A stretch of 64,000 nucleotides of DNA, taken from NCBI GenBank assembly GCA_027485855.1, contig JAIXQD010000019.1, positions 146,256 through 210,255 of the forward strand, written 5' to 3'. Shown in pieces: positions 1 through 9,519 of the stretch. Numbering within the stretch: position 1 is the first letter of the stretch; each line of letters opens with the position of its first letter. Below the pieces are notes generated by a model. That model did no database searches. It was not told the DNA's origin and saw only the letters and a list, made by a program, of their open reading frames with translations. The translations under genes and the position numbers were made by a program. The DNA comes from Rickettsiales bacterium. GTDB taxonomy: Bacteria; Pseudomonadota; Alphaproteobacteria; G027485855.

Positions 1-3000
1 ACTCGTGTTACTTGCCCCCAAAACCACACCACCCGTGCCGGTGCAAAGGCCATCACTATTAAGAGCGCAAATACGCCCATAGGAATATATGCTGGTAGAA
101 GCCTGCATTGTAGCTGCATTAAGGCTAGCCCAGGTGCCAGTGGTGCTGCCAATGTTAATGCTGCCACCCGTAATGGCCACAGCATTAGCATTTTGCGTGG
201 CCATGGTGCCAAGGCCAAGGTTGGTGCGTGCAGTAGCAGCGTCGGATGCACCCGTGCCGCCATTAGCCACAGCCACAATCCCAGTCACATTAGCCGCATT
301 GCCGCTAACATTACCCGTAACATTACCGGTGAGGTTACCCGTAATGGTGCCGCTCACGCCAAGATTGCCAGTAATATTGGTGTTAAGCAGGCTGTTGGTG
401 CCTTCATTTTGCAACAACGAGCCCCAGAAATTGATTTTGCGCTGGGTGTTATCGGTGTTGCTGCCAATAATATTTAAACCCGGGGCAAAGGGTGCGGTGC
501 CAATTACACCATCGTTAGCGTCGCCAAAGCCCGAAGTATTAGTAATTCTCATAACATTGCTCACTTCAAAAGCTCTGGCGGGCGTGCTGGTGCCGATACC
601 CACACGGCCACTGGCAGTCAGCCATAAATTGCCACCCGCGCGCACCGAACTATCCACATCCATGCCAAGGCCGATGGCGCTTGTAGTCCAATCAGTGCCG
701 GTGGCGGTACGCAGGGCCCTTATGCCCAGTGAGCTACTATTTGTGCCTGCTAAAAAGCCAATGCTGGCCAGTGCTAGCTCATTGCCCGCCGTGCCGCCCA
801 AACTGCCCGCATTGGTGCGGAAGGTGGTGCTGGCCGCGCCGCCGCCAAGCTCGGTGCCCGTGGTGCTTACATTAAGCCGTGAAGACGCGCCAATTGTGCC
901 AATACCAACATTACCATTGGTGCCAAAATACATACGCGTTGTGGCCGCGCTGTTTTGATATATATAAAAATCGCGTATGCCAGTGGCGGTAACATCCTGG
1001 CCTAATTGCCAATCGCCCGTTTGCACGCTGGCACGGCGGCTGGTGGCATGCGTACTTTCGATAATGTTCAGCGTGGGGCCACCTATAGATGTGTCAGTGT
1101 GCAGCGTAAGGGCGGTACCGCTGGCAACAGTGCCAAATTGTGCGCGCACCGCACCCGCTACAGTAACATTCACTAAGTTAGAAACCGCCAAAACGCTGGT
1201 GGTGCCGCCGGGGTCAGTAATAGAGTTTATCTGGCTCCCCGCCGTGAGACCTAACCAGCCGCTCGTGCCGCAGCCTTCAAACACGCTGCCTGTCCAACGG
1301 ATAGCGCCACGCTTGGCGGCATTACACCCGCCGGCATCATTGGCCACCTGCACCGCGCCATTGACATGCAAACGGCTGTTAGGCGCTGTGTTGCCAACAC
1401 CAAGATTACCGGCGGTGGTGAGTGTCATCAATTCATTCAGGGTATTTTGCGCTGTGGCATTGCCAGCATAAGAGCCAAAACGAATTGCCACGCTATCGCT
1501 GCTGCGGCCATAAAGCGCGGTTGCCCAACCCGTGCTTTGGCTGCCACCACCGCCCAAATGCAATTCAGTACCGAAAGCGTTATCGGTAAAAAGGCGCAAA
1601 CCTGAATTACGGGCTGTGGCCGAACCGTCGGCACCGCTAAAGAGCAAATCGCCACCGACAACATGCAAACGTGCAAATGGCGAGGGCGTGCCAATACCAA
1701 CATTACCTTGCACAATCATGCCATTGGTGGGATGATTATTGGCATAATCATTCCAAACCGTGAGGCCAGCAACTTTTGCATCCTGTGCCTGATTATTGAC
1801 TGTTCGGAAGCCAAAGAAGGTATTGGAATGCAGCGAACCATTAACAACCTCAACACCGCCATCACTGCGGATGGTCATGCGTCTGGTCATGCTGGCAGCA
1901 TCACCCGCGGGTGTGGTTGAAAAGTCAATGCGTGTGGGTTGCGATAAACCCGCCACAAAATTAGCATCGGCATACATAGTCATGTCGGCGACGCCACGCG
2001 GCCAAGTGGACAAAGCACTTTGACCACGATAAATACCCAAAATATCGCCGCTTTGTGGCTGTGTGGGCGAAGACTCGGTGCCACGAGCAAACGTAGCAAT
2101 ATAGTGAGGCACATTGCCGACACCATAATTTGTATTGCTAATAATACCATGGGTTGTGCTGTTAACTGCACCAATAGCGCCGTTAACGCGCGCATTGCCA
2201 TTTATGGTGGTACCACCATTTATAGTGGTGTTACCACTTTGGTCTATCACGACACGGTCTTGGCCTTCGGTGTTAATACGCACAGTGCCGTCGGTGCCGC
2301 TATCGGTCACACTAATGGCGCTATTGCCCTGCGATATCTGGTTAAATGAGTTGGCTACAGCCGCCCACGTGCCATCACCGCGTAAAAACAAATTAGTTTG
2401 ACCCGCCGCTGGCACTGGCACACCACCACGCGTACCTGCCGAACCGGCCGTGGCACCCGTAAAGGGCGGAATTTCAGTGTTAACAAGGCCGCTGACTGTC
2501 CAAGTGCCACTATTGCGGCGAGCAAAGCCATCGCCCGAGACATCGCTAAACAAATTGGTGCGCGCACCCGCAGCTGTGCTGGCGCCCGTACCACCATTAG
2601 CCACTGCCACAACGCCGGTCACGTTGGTTGAGTTACCGGCAAAGTTGCCGCTAAAGTTCATGCTGGTCACATTAAGCGTGCCAATGGTGGCCGTGGTTAT
2701 GGTGCTGGCCGACACAGGCGAGCCCGCCGTACCCAAAGTGGCGCTGCCGCCGGCAATGGTGCCCGACAAAGTGTTGCCGCTTAAAGTACCGCCGCTAATG
2801 GTGGCGCCAGCGGCCGAAAGCGTGCCGCTTAAAGATGGGTTTAATAAGGTGCTGCCGCTTAAGGTGCCGCCCGCAAAGGTGCCAGTCAGCGTGCCACCAC
2901 CTGCTAAGGTTGCGGCGCCACTGGTATTCAGCGTGGCCGCATTTACGTTTACGCGCGATGCTGTTGTACCAATATTAGCACTGCCGCCACCCAGCAAGCT

Positions 3001-4089
3001 GCCGGTTAATGTAGCGCCCGCGCCAGCAGCAATAGTGGCACCGGTAATAGTGGTGGTCCCGGTCTCTGTAACATTCGTAAGCGTGCTGCCACTTAATGTG
3101 CCGCCGGTAAAAGTGCCCGTAAGCGTACCACCCGCGCTAAAAGTAACCGCGCTATTAGCATCAAGCGACGTAAACGCACCCGTGCTGCGTGTGGTGGCGC
3201 CAATAGTTGCCCCGTTAATAGTGCCGCCGGTAAGGGCCACAGCATTAGCATTTTGTGTGGCTACACTGCCCAAACCCAAAGAGGTGCGTGTGGCGGCTAG
3301 ATCGGTCGCTTGGTTGGCGTCAGCGGTAAAAGTGACATTACCGCCAATTTCGACATTTTGCATAAAGCGCGAGTTACCGGCAACGTCAAGCGGGCGTTGC
3401 GGGTCGCTGGTGCCGATACCAACGTTGACAGCGCTGGGATCAACACCAAAATTAATTTTGCTGTCGCTTTGGCTTTGCCACACATTAGCGCGGCTCACCA
3501 CCTGACCCACATTGAGCGACTCTGCGCGGTCATCACCCACAGCGCTGGTATTGGCGCAGGTGGTTTGCAAAACGCCATCAGGACCAGCGGACATCACCAT
3601 CATCGAGGCAGACGAGGCGTTATTGCGCGAGCGGTCCCAGTTACAATAAACATAATAGCGGCCCCATGGGTCGATCTGCTTCACGCCCGCCACTACCGGC
3701 AACACACCCGTACTTGATGGCGTGCTGCCATTTTGAATGGCGCTAATCCAGCCGGCACTGCCAGTTGTTTGACCCGCAACCGATGGCATGCGCGCCGCTT
3801 CACCGCCGGTGGGCCAAGCCGCCGCATCGATGGTGGCGGGGTATTCTAACTGATTAAGCGAGCCATTAAGAAAGGTGCTGGCGGCCAAACTTTGCGATGC
3901 GGCCAGCAACTGATTGCGCACTTGATTTTCGGAGGTGACTTCAACATTACTGCGCAGCACTTGCGTATAACCGCTAAACAGCACCGCGCCACCAATACCT
4001 GCGAGCGCCAAAATATATAAAATAGGCGCGAGCGCAAAACCAGCTCTCATAGCTAATCTGGGCGAGCGGTTATTTTTTATATTGGGCAT
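1..4089 (-). CDS. Edge-truncated giant ORF (>=1363 codons; C-terminus lies outside the window): prepilin-like leader plus pseudopilin (GspG-like) head fused to phage tail-fibre-like repeats
   Basis: Not in the supplied ORF track. I read the plus strand in triplets from nt 1 and found no tta/cta/tca in that frame until cta at 4126-4128, so the minus frame is open from 4125 to 1. ATG at 4089-4087 is preceded by GGAGG (plus cctcc, 4095-4099). N-terminus: MPNIKNNRSPRLAMRAG|FALAPILYILALAGIGG. Pseudopilin-like DPWGRYYVYCNWD...MVMSAGPDG (about 3565-3675). Tail-fibre motifs: NVTG[VI]VAVANGGTGAS (2581-2640 and 241-300), ATQNANAVA[LI]TGG[TS]IN (about 3200-3260 and 140-200), GVPVPAAGQTNLFLRGDGTW (about 2365-2425), and five G[NR][VL]G[IV]G..P...L.V repeats. 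Confidence 0.8.
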   Translation of the reverse strand, partial: MPNIKNNRSPRLAMRAGFALAPILYILALAGIGGAVLFSGYTQVLRSNVEVTSENQVRNQLLAASQSLAASTFLNGSLNQLEYPATIDAAAWPTGGEAARMPSVAGQTTGSAGWISAIQNGSTPSSTGVLPVVAGVKQIDPWGRYYVYCNWDRSRNNASSASMMVMSAGPDGVLQTTCANTSAVGDDRAESLNVGQVVSRANVWQSQSDSKINFGVDPSAVNVGIGTSDPQRPLDVAGNSRFMQNVEIGGNVTFTADANQATDLAATRTSLGLGSVATQNANAVALTGGTINGATIGATTRSTGAFTSLDANSAVTFSAGGTLTGTFTGGTLSGSTLTNVTETGTTTITGATIAAGAGATLTGSLLGGGSANIGTTASRVNVNAATLNTSGAATLAGGGTLTGTFAGGTLSGSTLLNPSLSGTLSAAGATISGGTLSGNTLSGTIAGGSATLGTAGSPVSASTITTATIGTLNVTSMNFSGNFAGNSTNVTGVVAVANGGTGASTAAGARTNLFSDVSGDGFARRNSGTWTVSGLVNTEIPPFTGATAGSAGTRGGVPVPAAGQTNLFLRGDGTWAAVANSFNQISQGNSAISVTDSGTDGTVRINTEGQDRVVIDQSGNTTINGGTTINGNARVNGAIGAVNSTTHGIISNTNYGVGNVPHYIATFARGTESSPTQPQSGDILGIYRGQSALSTWPRGVADMTMYADANFVAGLSQPTRIDFSTTPAGDAASMTRRMTIRSDGGVEVVNGSLHSNTFFGFRTVNNQAQDAKVAGLTVWNDYANNHPTNGMIVQGNVGIGTPSPFARLHVVGGDLLFSGADGSATARNSGLRLFTDNAFGTELHLGGGGSQSTGWATALYGRSSDSVAIRFGSYAGNATAQNTLNELMTLTTAGNLGVGNTAPNSRLHVNGAVQVANDAGGCNAAKRGAIRWTGSVFEGCGTSGWLGLTAGSQINSITDPGGTTSVLAVSNLVNVTVAGAVRAQFGTVASGTALTLHTDTSIGGPTLNIIESTHATSRRASVQTGDWQLGQDVTATGIRDFYIYQNSAATTRMYFGTNGNVGIGTIGASSRLNVSTTGTELGGGAASTTFRTNAGSLGGTAGNELALASIGFLAGTNSSSLGIRALRTATGTDWTTSAIGLGMDVDSSVRAGGNLWLTASGRVGIGTSTPARAFEVSNVMRITNTSGFGDANDGVIGTAPFAPGLNIIGSNTDNTQRKINFWGSLLQNEGTNSLLNTNITGNLGVSGTITGNLTGNVTGNVSGNAANVTGIVAVANGGTGASDAATARTNLGLGTMATQNANAVAITGGSINIGSTTGTWASLNAATMQASTSIYSYGRICALNSDGLCTGTGGVVLGASNTS

Positions 4090-4218
4090 AGGTGCCTCCG
4101 CAGCATTAAAACCAAGCATTAAATTCTAGCTGTAAGATTAGCCGAAACATGTTAACAAACGGGTAAAGATGCAATTGCGTTAATTTACCTTTGCTTAACC
4201 TTAATGGAGTGTTAAGGA

Positions 4219-5418
4219 ATGAAAACCTACCAAACATTAGCGAATTACACCGCCCAAGATGGCGATATTGTCCTGCTGCGCGCCGATTTGAATGTGCCGG
4301 TAAAAGACGGCGCGGTTAGCGACGACACCCGTCTTGTGCGCCTGTTGCCCACGCTTAAAGCCTTGCAAAACAAAGGGGTGCGGGTGGCGATTTTATCGCA
4401 TTTTGGGCGGCCAAAAGGCGTTGATGTCACGCAATCTTTGCGGCCTGTTGCCGCGCATTTAGCGCAATTACTGCATACAAATATTGCTTTTGCCGAAGAC
4501 TGTATTGGTGACGCACCAAAAAATATTTTGGCAAACCTGCCCCAAGGCGGCCTTTGTGTTTTAGAAAATTTGCGTTTTCATGCCGGCGAAGAAAAAAATG
4601 ACCCCGCTTTTGTGCAGCAGCTGGCCGCTTTGGGCACAGTTTTTGTCAATGATGCGTTTTCGGCCAGTCACAGGGCGCATGCCAGTATTGTTGGTTTGGC
4701 GCAGGCTTTACCCGCTTATGCGGGGCTATTGATGGAGGCCGAACTTACCGCGCTAGACAAGGCCCTTGGCACACCAAAGCCGCCGCTATTGGCGCTGGTG
4801 GGTGGCGCCAAAATATCAACGAAGCTTGAATTACTGGGCAATTTAGTTGGTAAAGTGAATATGCTGGCGCTGGGTGGCGGCATGGCCAACACATTTTTAG
4901 CCGCACAGGGCGTGGCCATGGGTAAATCGCTGGTCGAAGCCGATATGTTGCCGCAAGCCCGCGCCATTATGGCCAAAGCGCAAAGCCAAGGCTGCGAAAT
5001 TATTTTGCCCATCGATGGCAGGGTGGCAAAAAGTTTTAGCGCCGATGCGCCACACCACGAAGTGCGCAATGCCGACATTGCCGCCGATGACATGGTGCTG
5101 GATATTGGCCCACAAAGTATTAGGAATATTATCTTAGCAGTACAGCGCGCTAAAACTGTGCTGTGGAATGGCCCCTTAGGCGCTTTTGAACTGCCGCCCT
5201 TTGCCGTGGGCACCATAAAAGTGGCGGAGAGTGTGGCTGAAGCCAGCAAAGCCGGCACGCTTTTAAGCGTGGCCGGTGGCGGCGATACTGTGGCCGCACT
5301 TGAGGCCGCTGGCACCGTGGCGGACTTTAGCTATGTTTCAACCGCGGGCGGCGCCTTTTTAGAATGGCTTGAGGGCAAAGAGCTGCCTGGCATAAGCGCG
5401 CTTATTCACGCCGCTTAG
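4219..5418 (+). CDS. pgk: Phosphoglycerate kinase
   Basis: 399-aa ORF with PGK hallmarks: LLRADLNVPV, ILSHFGRPKG, and C-terminal STAGGAFLEWLEGKELPG. Confidence 0.97.
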   Translation: MKTYQTLANYTAQDGDIVLLRADLNVPVKDGAVSDDTRLVRLLPTLKALQNKGVRVAILSHFGRPKGVDVTQSLRPVAAHLAQLLHTNIAFAEDCIGDAPKNILANLPQGGLCVLENLRFHAGEEKNDPAFVQQLAALGTVFVNDAFSASHRAHASIVGLAQALPAYAGLLMEAELTALDKALGTPKPPLLALVGGAKISTKLELLGNLVGKVNMLALGGGMANTFLAAQGVAMGKSLVEADMLPQARAIMAKAQSQGCEIILPIDGRVAKSFSADAPHHEVRNADIAADDMVLDIGPQSIRNIILAVQRAKTVLWNGPLGAFELPPFAVGTIKVAESVAEASKAGTLLSVAGGGDTVAALEAAGTVADFSYVSTAGGAFLEWLEGKELPGISALIHAA

Positions 5419-6746
5419 TCGATACTGGCTAAAACAGCGCGCAGCTCGGTAAAGATACGGTCAATCTCAGCTTTTTCAATAATAAGGCTGGGCGAGAAAA
5501 CCAATATCTCGGCGGTGGGGCGTATCACAATATCGCGCTCCCACATTTTTAGGAAAGCCTCATAGGCGCGGGTGAGGCCCGTGGTGCCAGCAGCAAATAT
5601 ACGCGGGTCAAGCTCGATAGCGCCAACCAAGCCGATATTACGGATATCAACCACATGCCGTGCATCGCGCAGGCTATGTATGGCCGATTGCCAATAGGGT
5701 GCCAGATTATCGGCCCGCGCAAACAAACCCTCTTGCTCGTAGGTATCGAGCGTGGCCATGGCGGCCGCACAAGCCAGCGGGTGACCGCTATAGGTATAAC
5801 CATGGAAAAAATCTATCTGCGTTTCGGGGCCTTGCATAAATGCCTCGTAAAGCCCACGGCGCAGCAGCACTGCCCCCATCGGCACGGTGCCATTGGTAAT
5901 GCCCTTGGCTACAGTTATCATGTCGGGCGTGACTGCAAATTTCTCGGCGGCGAAGCTGGCGCCCACACGACCAAAGCCAGTTATCACCTCATCAAAAATC
6001 AGCAGCAGGCCGTGCTTATCGCAAATGGCGCGCAGGCGCTCTAGGTAACCCACCGGTGGCACCAAAACGCCCGTGCTGCCCGCCACGGGCTCGACAATCA
6101 CCGCCGCAATGGTGCTGGCATCGTGCAATTGCACCAGACGCTCCAGCTCATCGGCCAGATGCGCGCCCCATTGCGGCTGACTATGACTAAACGCCATATC
6201 GGCGCGGCTATAAGTGTGCGGCAAATGATCGATACCGGGTAAACCCAAGCCAAACATTTTGCGGTTTGGGCTAATGCCGCCCACCGAAATACCGCCAAAG
6301 CCAACGCCATGATAAGCGCGCTCGCGGCCAATAAAACGCTGGCGCTGCCCCTGCCCTTTTTGCCGATGATAGGCCAAAGCCAGTTTTAAGGCCGTATCCA
6401 CCGCTTCAGAGCCTGATGAGGTATAAAACACATGGTCAAGATCGGCAGGCGCCATTTTAGCCAAGCGATGCGCCAGCTCAAATGCTAGCGGGTGCCCCAA
6501 ATGAAAAGTTGGCGCGTAATCAAGCTCGGCCACTTGTTTTTGCACGGCCTCGACGACGCGGCTGGCGCCATGCCCCGCATTGACGCACCATAAGCCGCCA
6601 ATCGCATCAAGCATTTTGTGGCCATCGGCGCTTTCATAATACATGCCCTTGGCTTTAGTAAGCAGGCGTGGCGCGGCCTTAAAATGCTTATTCATGGAGA
6701 AAGGCATAAAAAAAGCATCAAGGCTATTGGGGCGTGGGTGGGTCAT
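5415..6746 (-). CDS. Class-III (omega-amino acid / beta-alanine-pyruvate type) aminotransferase
   Basis: 443 aa with SGSEAVDTALKLA, DEVITGFGR and the PLP-lysine context TVAKGITNG. Its stop overlaps the pgk stop convergently (TTAG). Confidence 0.85.
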   Translation of the reverse strand: MTHPRPNSLDAFFMPFSMNKHFKAAPRLLTKAKGMYYESADGHKMLDAIGGLWCVNAGHGASRVVEAVQKQVAELDYAPTFHLGHPLAFELAHRLAKMAPADLDHVFYTSSGSEAVDTALKLALAYHRQKGQGQRQRFIGRERAYHGVGFGGISVGGISPNRKMFGLGLPGIDHLPHTYSRADMAFSHSQPQWGAHLADELERLVQLHDASTIAAVIVEPVAGSTGVLVPPVGYLERLRAICDKHGLLLIFDEVITGFGRVGASFAAEKFAVTPDMITVAKGITNGTVPMGAVLLRRGLYEAFMQGPETQIDFFHGYTYSGHPLACAAAMATLDTYEQEGLFARADNLAPYWQSAIHSLRDARHVVDIRNIGLVGAIELDPRIFAAGTTGLTRAYEAFLKMWERDIVIRPTAEILVFSPSLIIEKAEIDRIFTELRAVLASID

Positions 6747-6757
6747 GGTCGCTCGGT

Positions 6758-7246
6758 TTAACTGCGGTTGATAATCGGGTTGGGGTCTTGGTCTGTGGGC
6801 GGCGGCAAACGATTAGGGTGCAACAGCACCACGGAGTCGGCCATAAAATCGTGGAGCGTTTGTTTTTTGGCAGTAAACAGTGCCAGCAAAAAACCAAAGG
6901 CAAGGCCAATGCCGCTGACATAAAAACCAAAGCCACGCCACAAAGCGCGACCCAAGGTTAAAGGCTGGCCATCGGTGCCAACCACATAAATGCCCACAAG
7001 GCGCTTACCATAAGTGGCTTGGTGCTTTGAGGCTAAACTAAAACCCATATACAGAATATGCAGCACCGCACCCATGCCATTAATAGGACTATGTTCATAA
7101 GTTAAAAACGGCACATGCAGCAGCACAGCGAGCACACCCAGAAATATCGACACAATAAAGCCATCGAGCAGCATGGCAATAAAACGCCGTGACAGGCTGG
7201 CATAAGGAGGCGGGAAGATATTGGTGCTCGTATTAGGGCTATTCAT
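6758..7246 (-). CDS. RDD-family membrane protein
   Basis: 162 aa with an RRFIAMLLDGFIV RDD-type segment and several hydrophobic helices. Confidence 0.65.
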   Translation of the reverse strand: MNSPNTSTNIFPPPYASLSRRFIAMLLDGFIVSIFLGVLAVLLHVPFLTYEHSPINGMGAVLHILYMGFSLASKHQATYGKRLVGIYVVGTDGQPLTLGRALWRGFGFYVSGIGLAFGFLLALFTAKKQTLHDFMADSVVLLHPNRLPPPTDQDPNPIINRS

Positions 7247-7263
7247 GGCCCTAGTTTAGCGCA

Positions 7264-7304
7264 TAAAAAAAGCGCGGCAAGGTGAACTACACCAAGCCGC
7301 GCCC
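7264..7304 (-). terminator. Rho-independent terminator downstream of rplS
   Basis: On the minus strand, the GCGCGGC...GCCGCGC stem (plus 7296-7302 / 7272-7278) is followed by T7 (plus A-run 7265-7271). Confidence 0.6.
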
Positions 7305-7324
7305 TTAATCGTCAAAAATTATGC

Positions 7325-7720
7325 TTATTCGGCAGCAACCACGGCGCTTGAAGTATCGCGGCTGACCATTTTCTCGGCGATGCGGGCCGACTTACCACGC
7401 AGCGCACGCAGATAATAAAGCTTGGCCCGACGCACTTCGCCGCGGCGCACAACTTCAATGCTCTCAATGCGGGGGCTGAAAAGTGGGAACACGCGCTCCA
7501 CGCCTTCGCCATAGCTGATTTTGCGCACGGTGAAGGAAGACGCCAAGCCACGACCCTTACGGCCAATGCACACGCCTTCAAAGGCCTGAATACGCTCACG
7601 CGTACCTTCAACCACTTTCACATTGACGCGGACGCTATCGCCCGGGCCAAAATTAGGAATATTTTTGGTTGGCATAATTTTTGCCAGTTCGCGCTGCTCA
7701 AATTGCTCAAGACTATTCAT
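7325..7720 (-). CDS. rplS: 50S ribosomal protein L19
   Basis: 131 aa with [26 protein letters not shown]...RRAKLYYLR, which is typical of L19. Sits in the conserved rpsP-rimM-trmD-rplS order. Confidence 0.97.
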   Translation of the reverse strand: MNSLEQFEQRELAKIMPTKNIPNFGPGDSVRVNVKVVEGTRERIQAFEGVCIGRKGRGLASSFTVRKISYGEGVERVFPLFSPRIESIEVVRRGEVRRAKLYYLRALRGKSARIAEKMVSRDTSSAVVAAE

Positions 7721-7920
7721 GACACTATCCTTACTCGATTATGCGGCCGTAACCGCCCATTTATGGTGCGGAGGCAGTAATAAGCATAAAAAGGCCGCTA
7801 AAGCAAAGATTTTTAGCATAAATCGGCCATTTTACTGGTTAATCATGGGTTTAGGGCCACCCCCGCCACCATGGGCACCCCTCGGCCCCCTCTCCGGCAA
7901 GGCGCGCAAAAAGCACCGCG

Positions 7921-8664
7921 CTAGGTTTGGCGGCGATATTTTGCCCATAAATCAGGGCGTTGGCCTTGTGTGTGCTTTTCGGCCTGTTGCTGGCGCCATA
8001 ATTTAATCTCGGCATGGTTGCCCGAAAGCAAAACCGGCGGCACAGCCTGCCCCTGCCATTCAGGCGGGCGGGTGTAGTGCGGATATTCTAGCAGACCCGC
8101 GCTAAAGCTTTCCTCACTGGTGGTGTGGCTATTGCCCAGCACACCCGGCAATAAGCGCACCACGGCTTCAAGCAGCACCATGGCCGCGACCTCGCCGCCC
8201 ATGAGCACGTAATCGCCGATGCTGATTTCCTCGATCGCGTCATGCTCTAATACGCGCTGATCGACGCCCTCATAGCGACCACACAACAACACCAAGCGCG
8301 CACAGCCCGCCAGCTCTTGCGCTAAGCTTTGCGTGAGTGGCCGCCCGCGGGGCGATAGGTAAATAGTCCTTCTGGGTGTGGCGGGCTTTGGCAGGGAGGC
8401 TCGCGCCTGTGCCAAGGCCGCGCTGAGCACATCGGCGCGCAACACCATGCCGGCGCCGCCACCATAGGGCGTATCATCAACATTTTTATGAGCCCCCACG
8501 CCAAAATCGCGAAGGTTGGTGGTCGCCAAATGCCATAGCCCATCTTGCAGAGCCTTACCCGCCAGCGACACACCCAACAGCCCCGGAAACGCCTCGGGGA
8601 AAAGTGTGATGATATTGGCCGCCAAAAGCGGCGGGGCGCTAAGCGGGTGATTCATCGCGCTCAT
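7921..8664 (-). CDS. trmD: tRNA (guanine37-N1)-methyltransferase
   Basis: TrmD motifs GRYEGVDQRV and SIGDYVLMGGE. The ORF track extends to 8724. An internal Met (8664 or 8655) is more likely because the longer form overlaps rimM. Confidence 0.92.
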   Translation of the reverse strand: MSAMNHPLSAPPLLAANIITLFPEAFPGLLGVSLAGKALQDGLWHLATTNLRDFGVGAHKNVDDTPYGGGAGMVLRADVLSAALAQARASLPKPATPRRTIYLSPRGRPLTQSLAQELAGCARLVLLCGRYEGVDQRVLEHDAIEEISIGDYVLMGGEVAAMVLLEAVVRLLPGVLGNSHTTSEESFSAGLLEYPHYTRPPEWQGQAVPPVLLSGNHAEIKLWRQQQAEKHTQGQRPDLWAKYRRQT

Positions 8665-9157
8665 CAACAAAAACGGGAAGGTTGATAATAATGCGCCCTG
8701 CTGCCAAATCGACCGCGGTGACAATGTTATTATTATAGGGCAACAGCATTTCAGCCTTGCCGCTGATATTCATAATAAGGCCTGCACCATAATCATCGAA
8801 GGCTGTGAGCTTGCCCAAAATATCGCCCGTGGTGCTTACCGCCAATAAACCGATTAAATCGGCACGGTAAAACTGCCCCTTGGGCAAAGGCGGCAATTTA
8901 TCACGGGGCGCATAAAGCCGCTCGCCGCGCAAAGCCATGGCGGCATCACGCGTGGTAACACCAGACACAAAAGCCACAACACTACGCGCCGGCGCCATCA
9001 CTTGCGTTATGGTAAAAAAATGCCCTGCCGCATTTTGTAAAGGCGACAGGGCAATTAAATCGGCGGGCTGTGTGGCAAAGCTATTCAGCTTGACGGCGCC
9101 ACGCACCCCATGCACACCCACAATCTCGGCCATCAGGATAAGTGCGGATGTGGCCAC
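8639..9157 (-). CDS. rimM: 16S rRNA processing protein RimM
   Basis: 172 aa with the RimM-type N-terminus VGVHGVRGAVKL, located between rpsP and trmD. Confidence 0.9.
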   Translation of the reverse strand: MATSALILMAEIVGVHGVRGAVKLNSFATQPADLIALSPLQNAAGHFFTITQVMAPARSVVAFVSGVTTRDAAMALRGERLYAPRDKLPPLPKGQFYRADLIGLLAVSTTGDILGKLTAFDDYGAGLIMNISGKAEMLLPYNNNIVTAVDLAAGRIIINLPVFVDERDESPA

Positions 9158-9163
9158 GGGTTT

Positions 9164-9517
9164 TTAGCCAGCGGCAGCTTCAGCCGCGGCAGCCGCAGCT
9201 TTAAGACGCTCTTGCGCTTTGGCTTTGGGCGCTGATTTAATCGGCGTGGCATTTTGCAGGGGCTTGGGACCAAGATTAGCCGCATATAAAAATTGTGCCA
9301 CGCGTGGCGAAGGTTGCGCGCCTGAAGCCAGCCAGTGCTTAATGCGCTCGGCATCTAAGGTAACGCGCTGTGGGTTATCGCGCTCTAATTGTGGTTTATA
9401 CACGCCCAGTTTTTCAATGAAGCGGCCATCACGGGGTGCACGGCCATCGGCCACGACAATGTGATAAAAGGGGCGCTTTTTGGCGCCGTGGCGGGTCATA
9501 CGTATTTTTAATGCCAT
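9164..9517 (-). CDS. rpsP: 30S ribosomal protein S16
   Basis: Begins [24 protein letters not shown]. Has an Ala/Lys-rich C-terminal extension. Confidence 0.95.
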   Translation of the reverse strand: MALKIRMTRHGAKKRPFYHIVVADGRAPRDGRFIEKLGVYKPQLERDNPQRVTLDAERIKHWLASGAQPSPRVAQFLYAANLGPKPLQNATPIKSAPKAKAQERLKAAAAAAEAAAG

Positions 9518-9519
9518 GA

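Noticed and set aside
89-3505. Long plus-strand ORFs (89-958, 977-1471, 2450-3505 and others) with Pro/Val/Ala/Leu-rich translations
   Set aside because: They are antisense shadows of the G/T/N/A-rich tail-fibre-like gene on the minus strand. Their translations have no motifs or credible starts, whereas the minus frame is open for 1363 codons with clear domain motifs and an RBS.
5415-5418. Convergent 4-nt overlap (TTAG) of the pgk and aminotransferase stop codons
   Set aside because: This is real but a common compaction feature. No terminator structure fits, and it is not biologically notable on its own.
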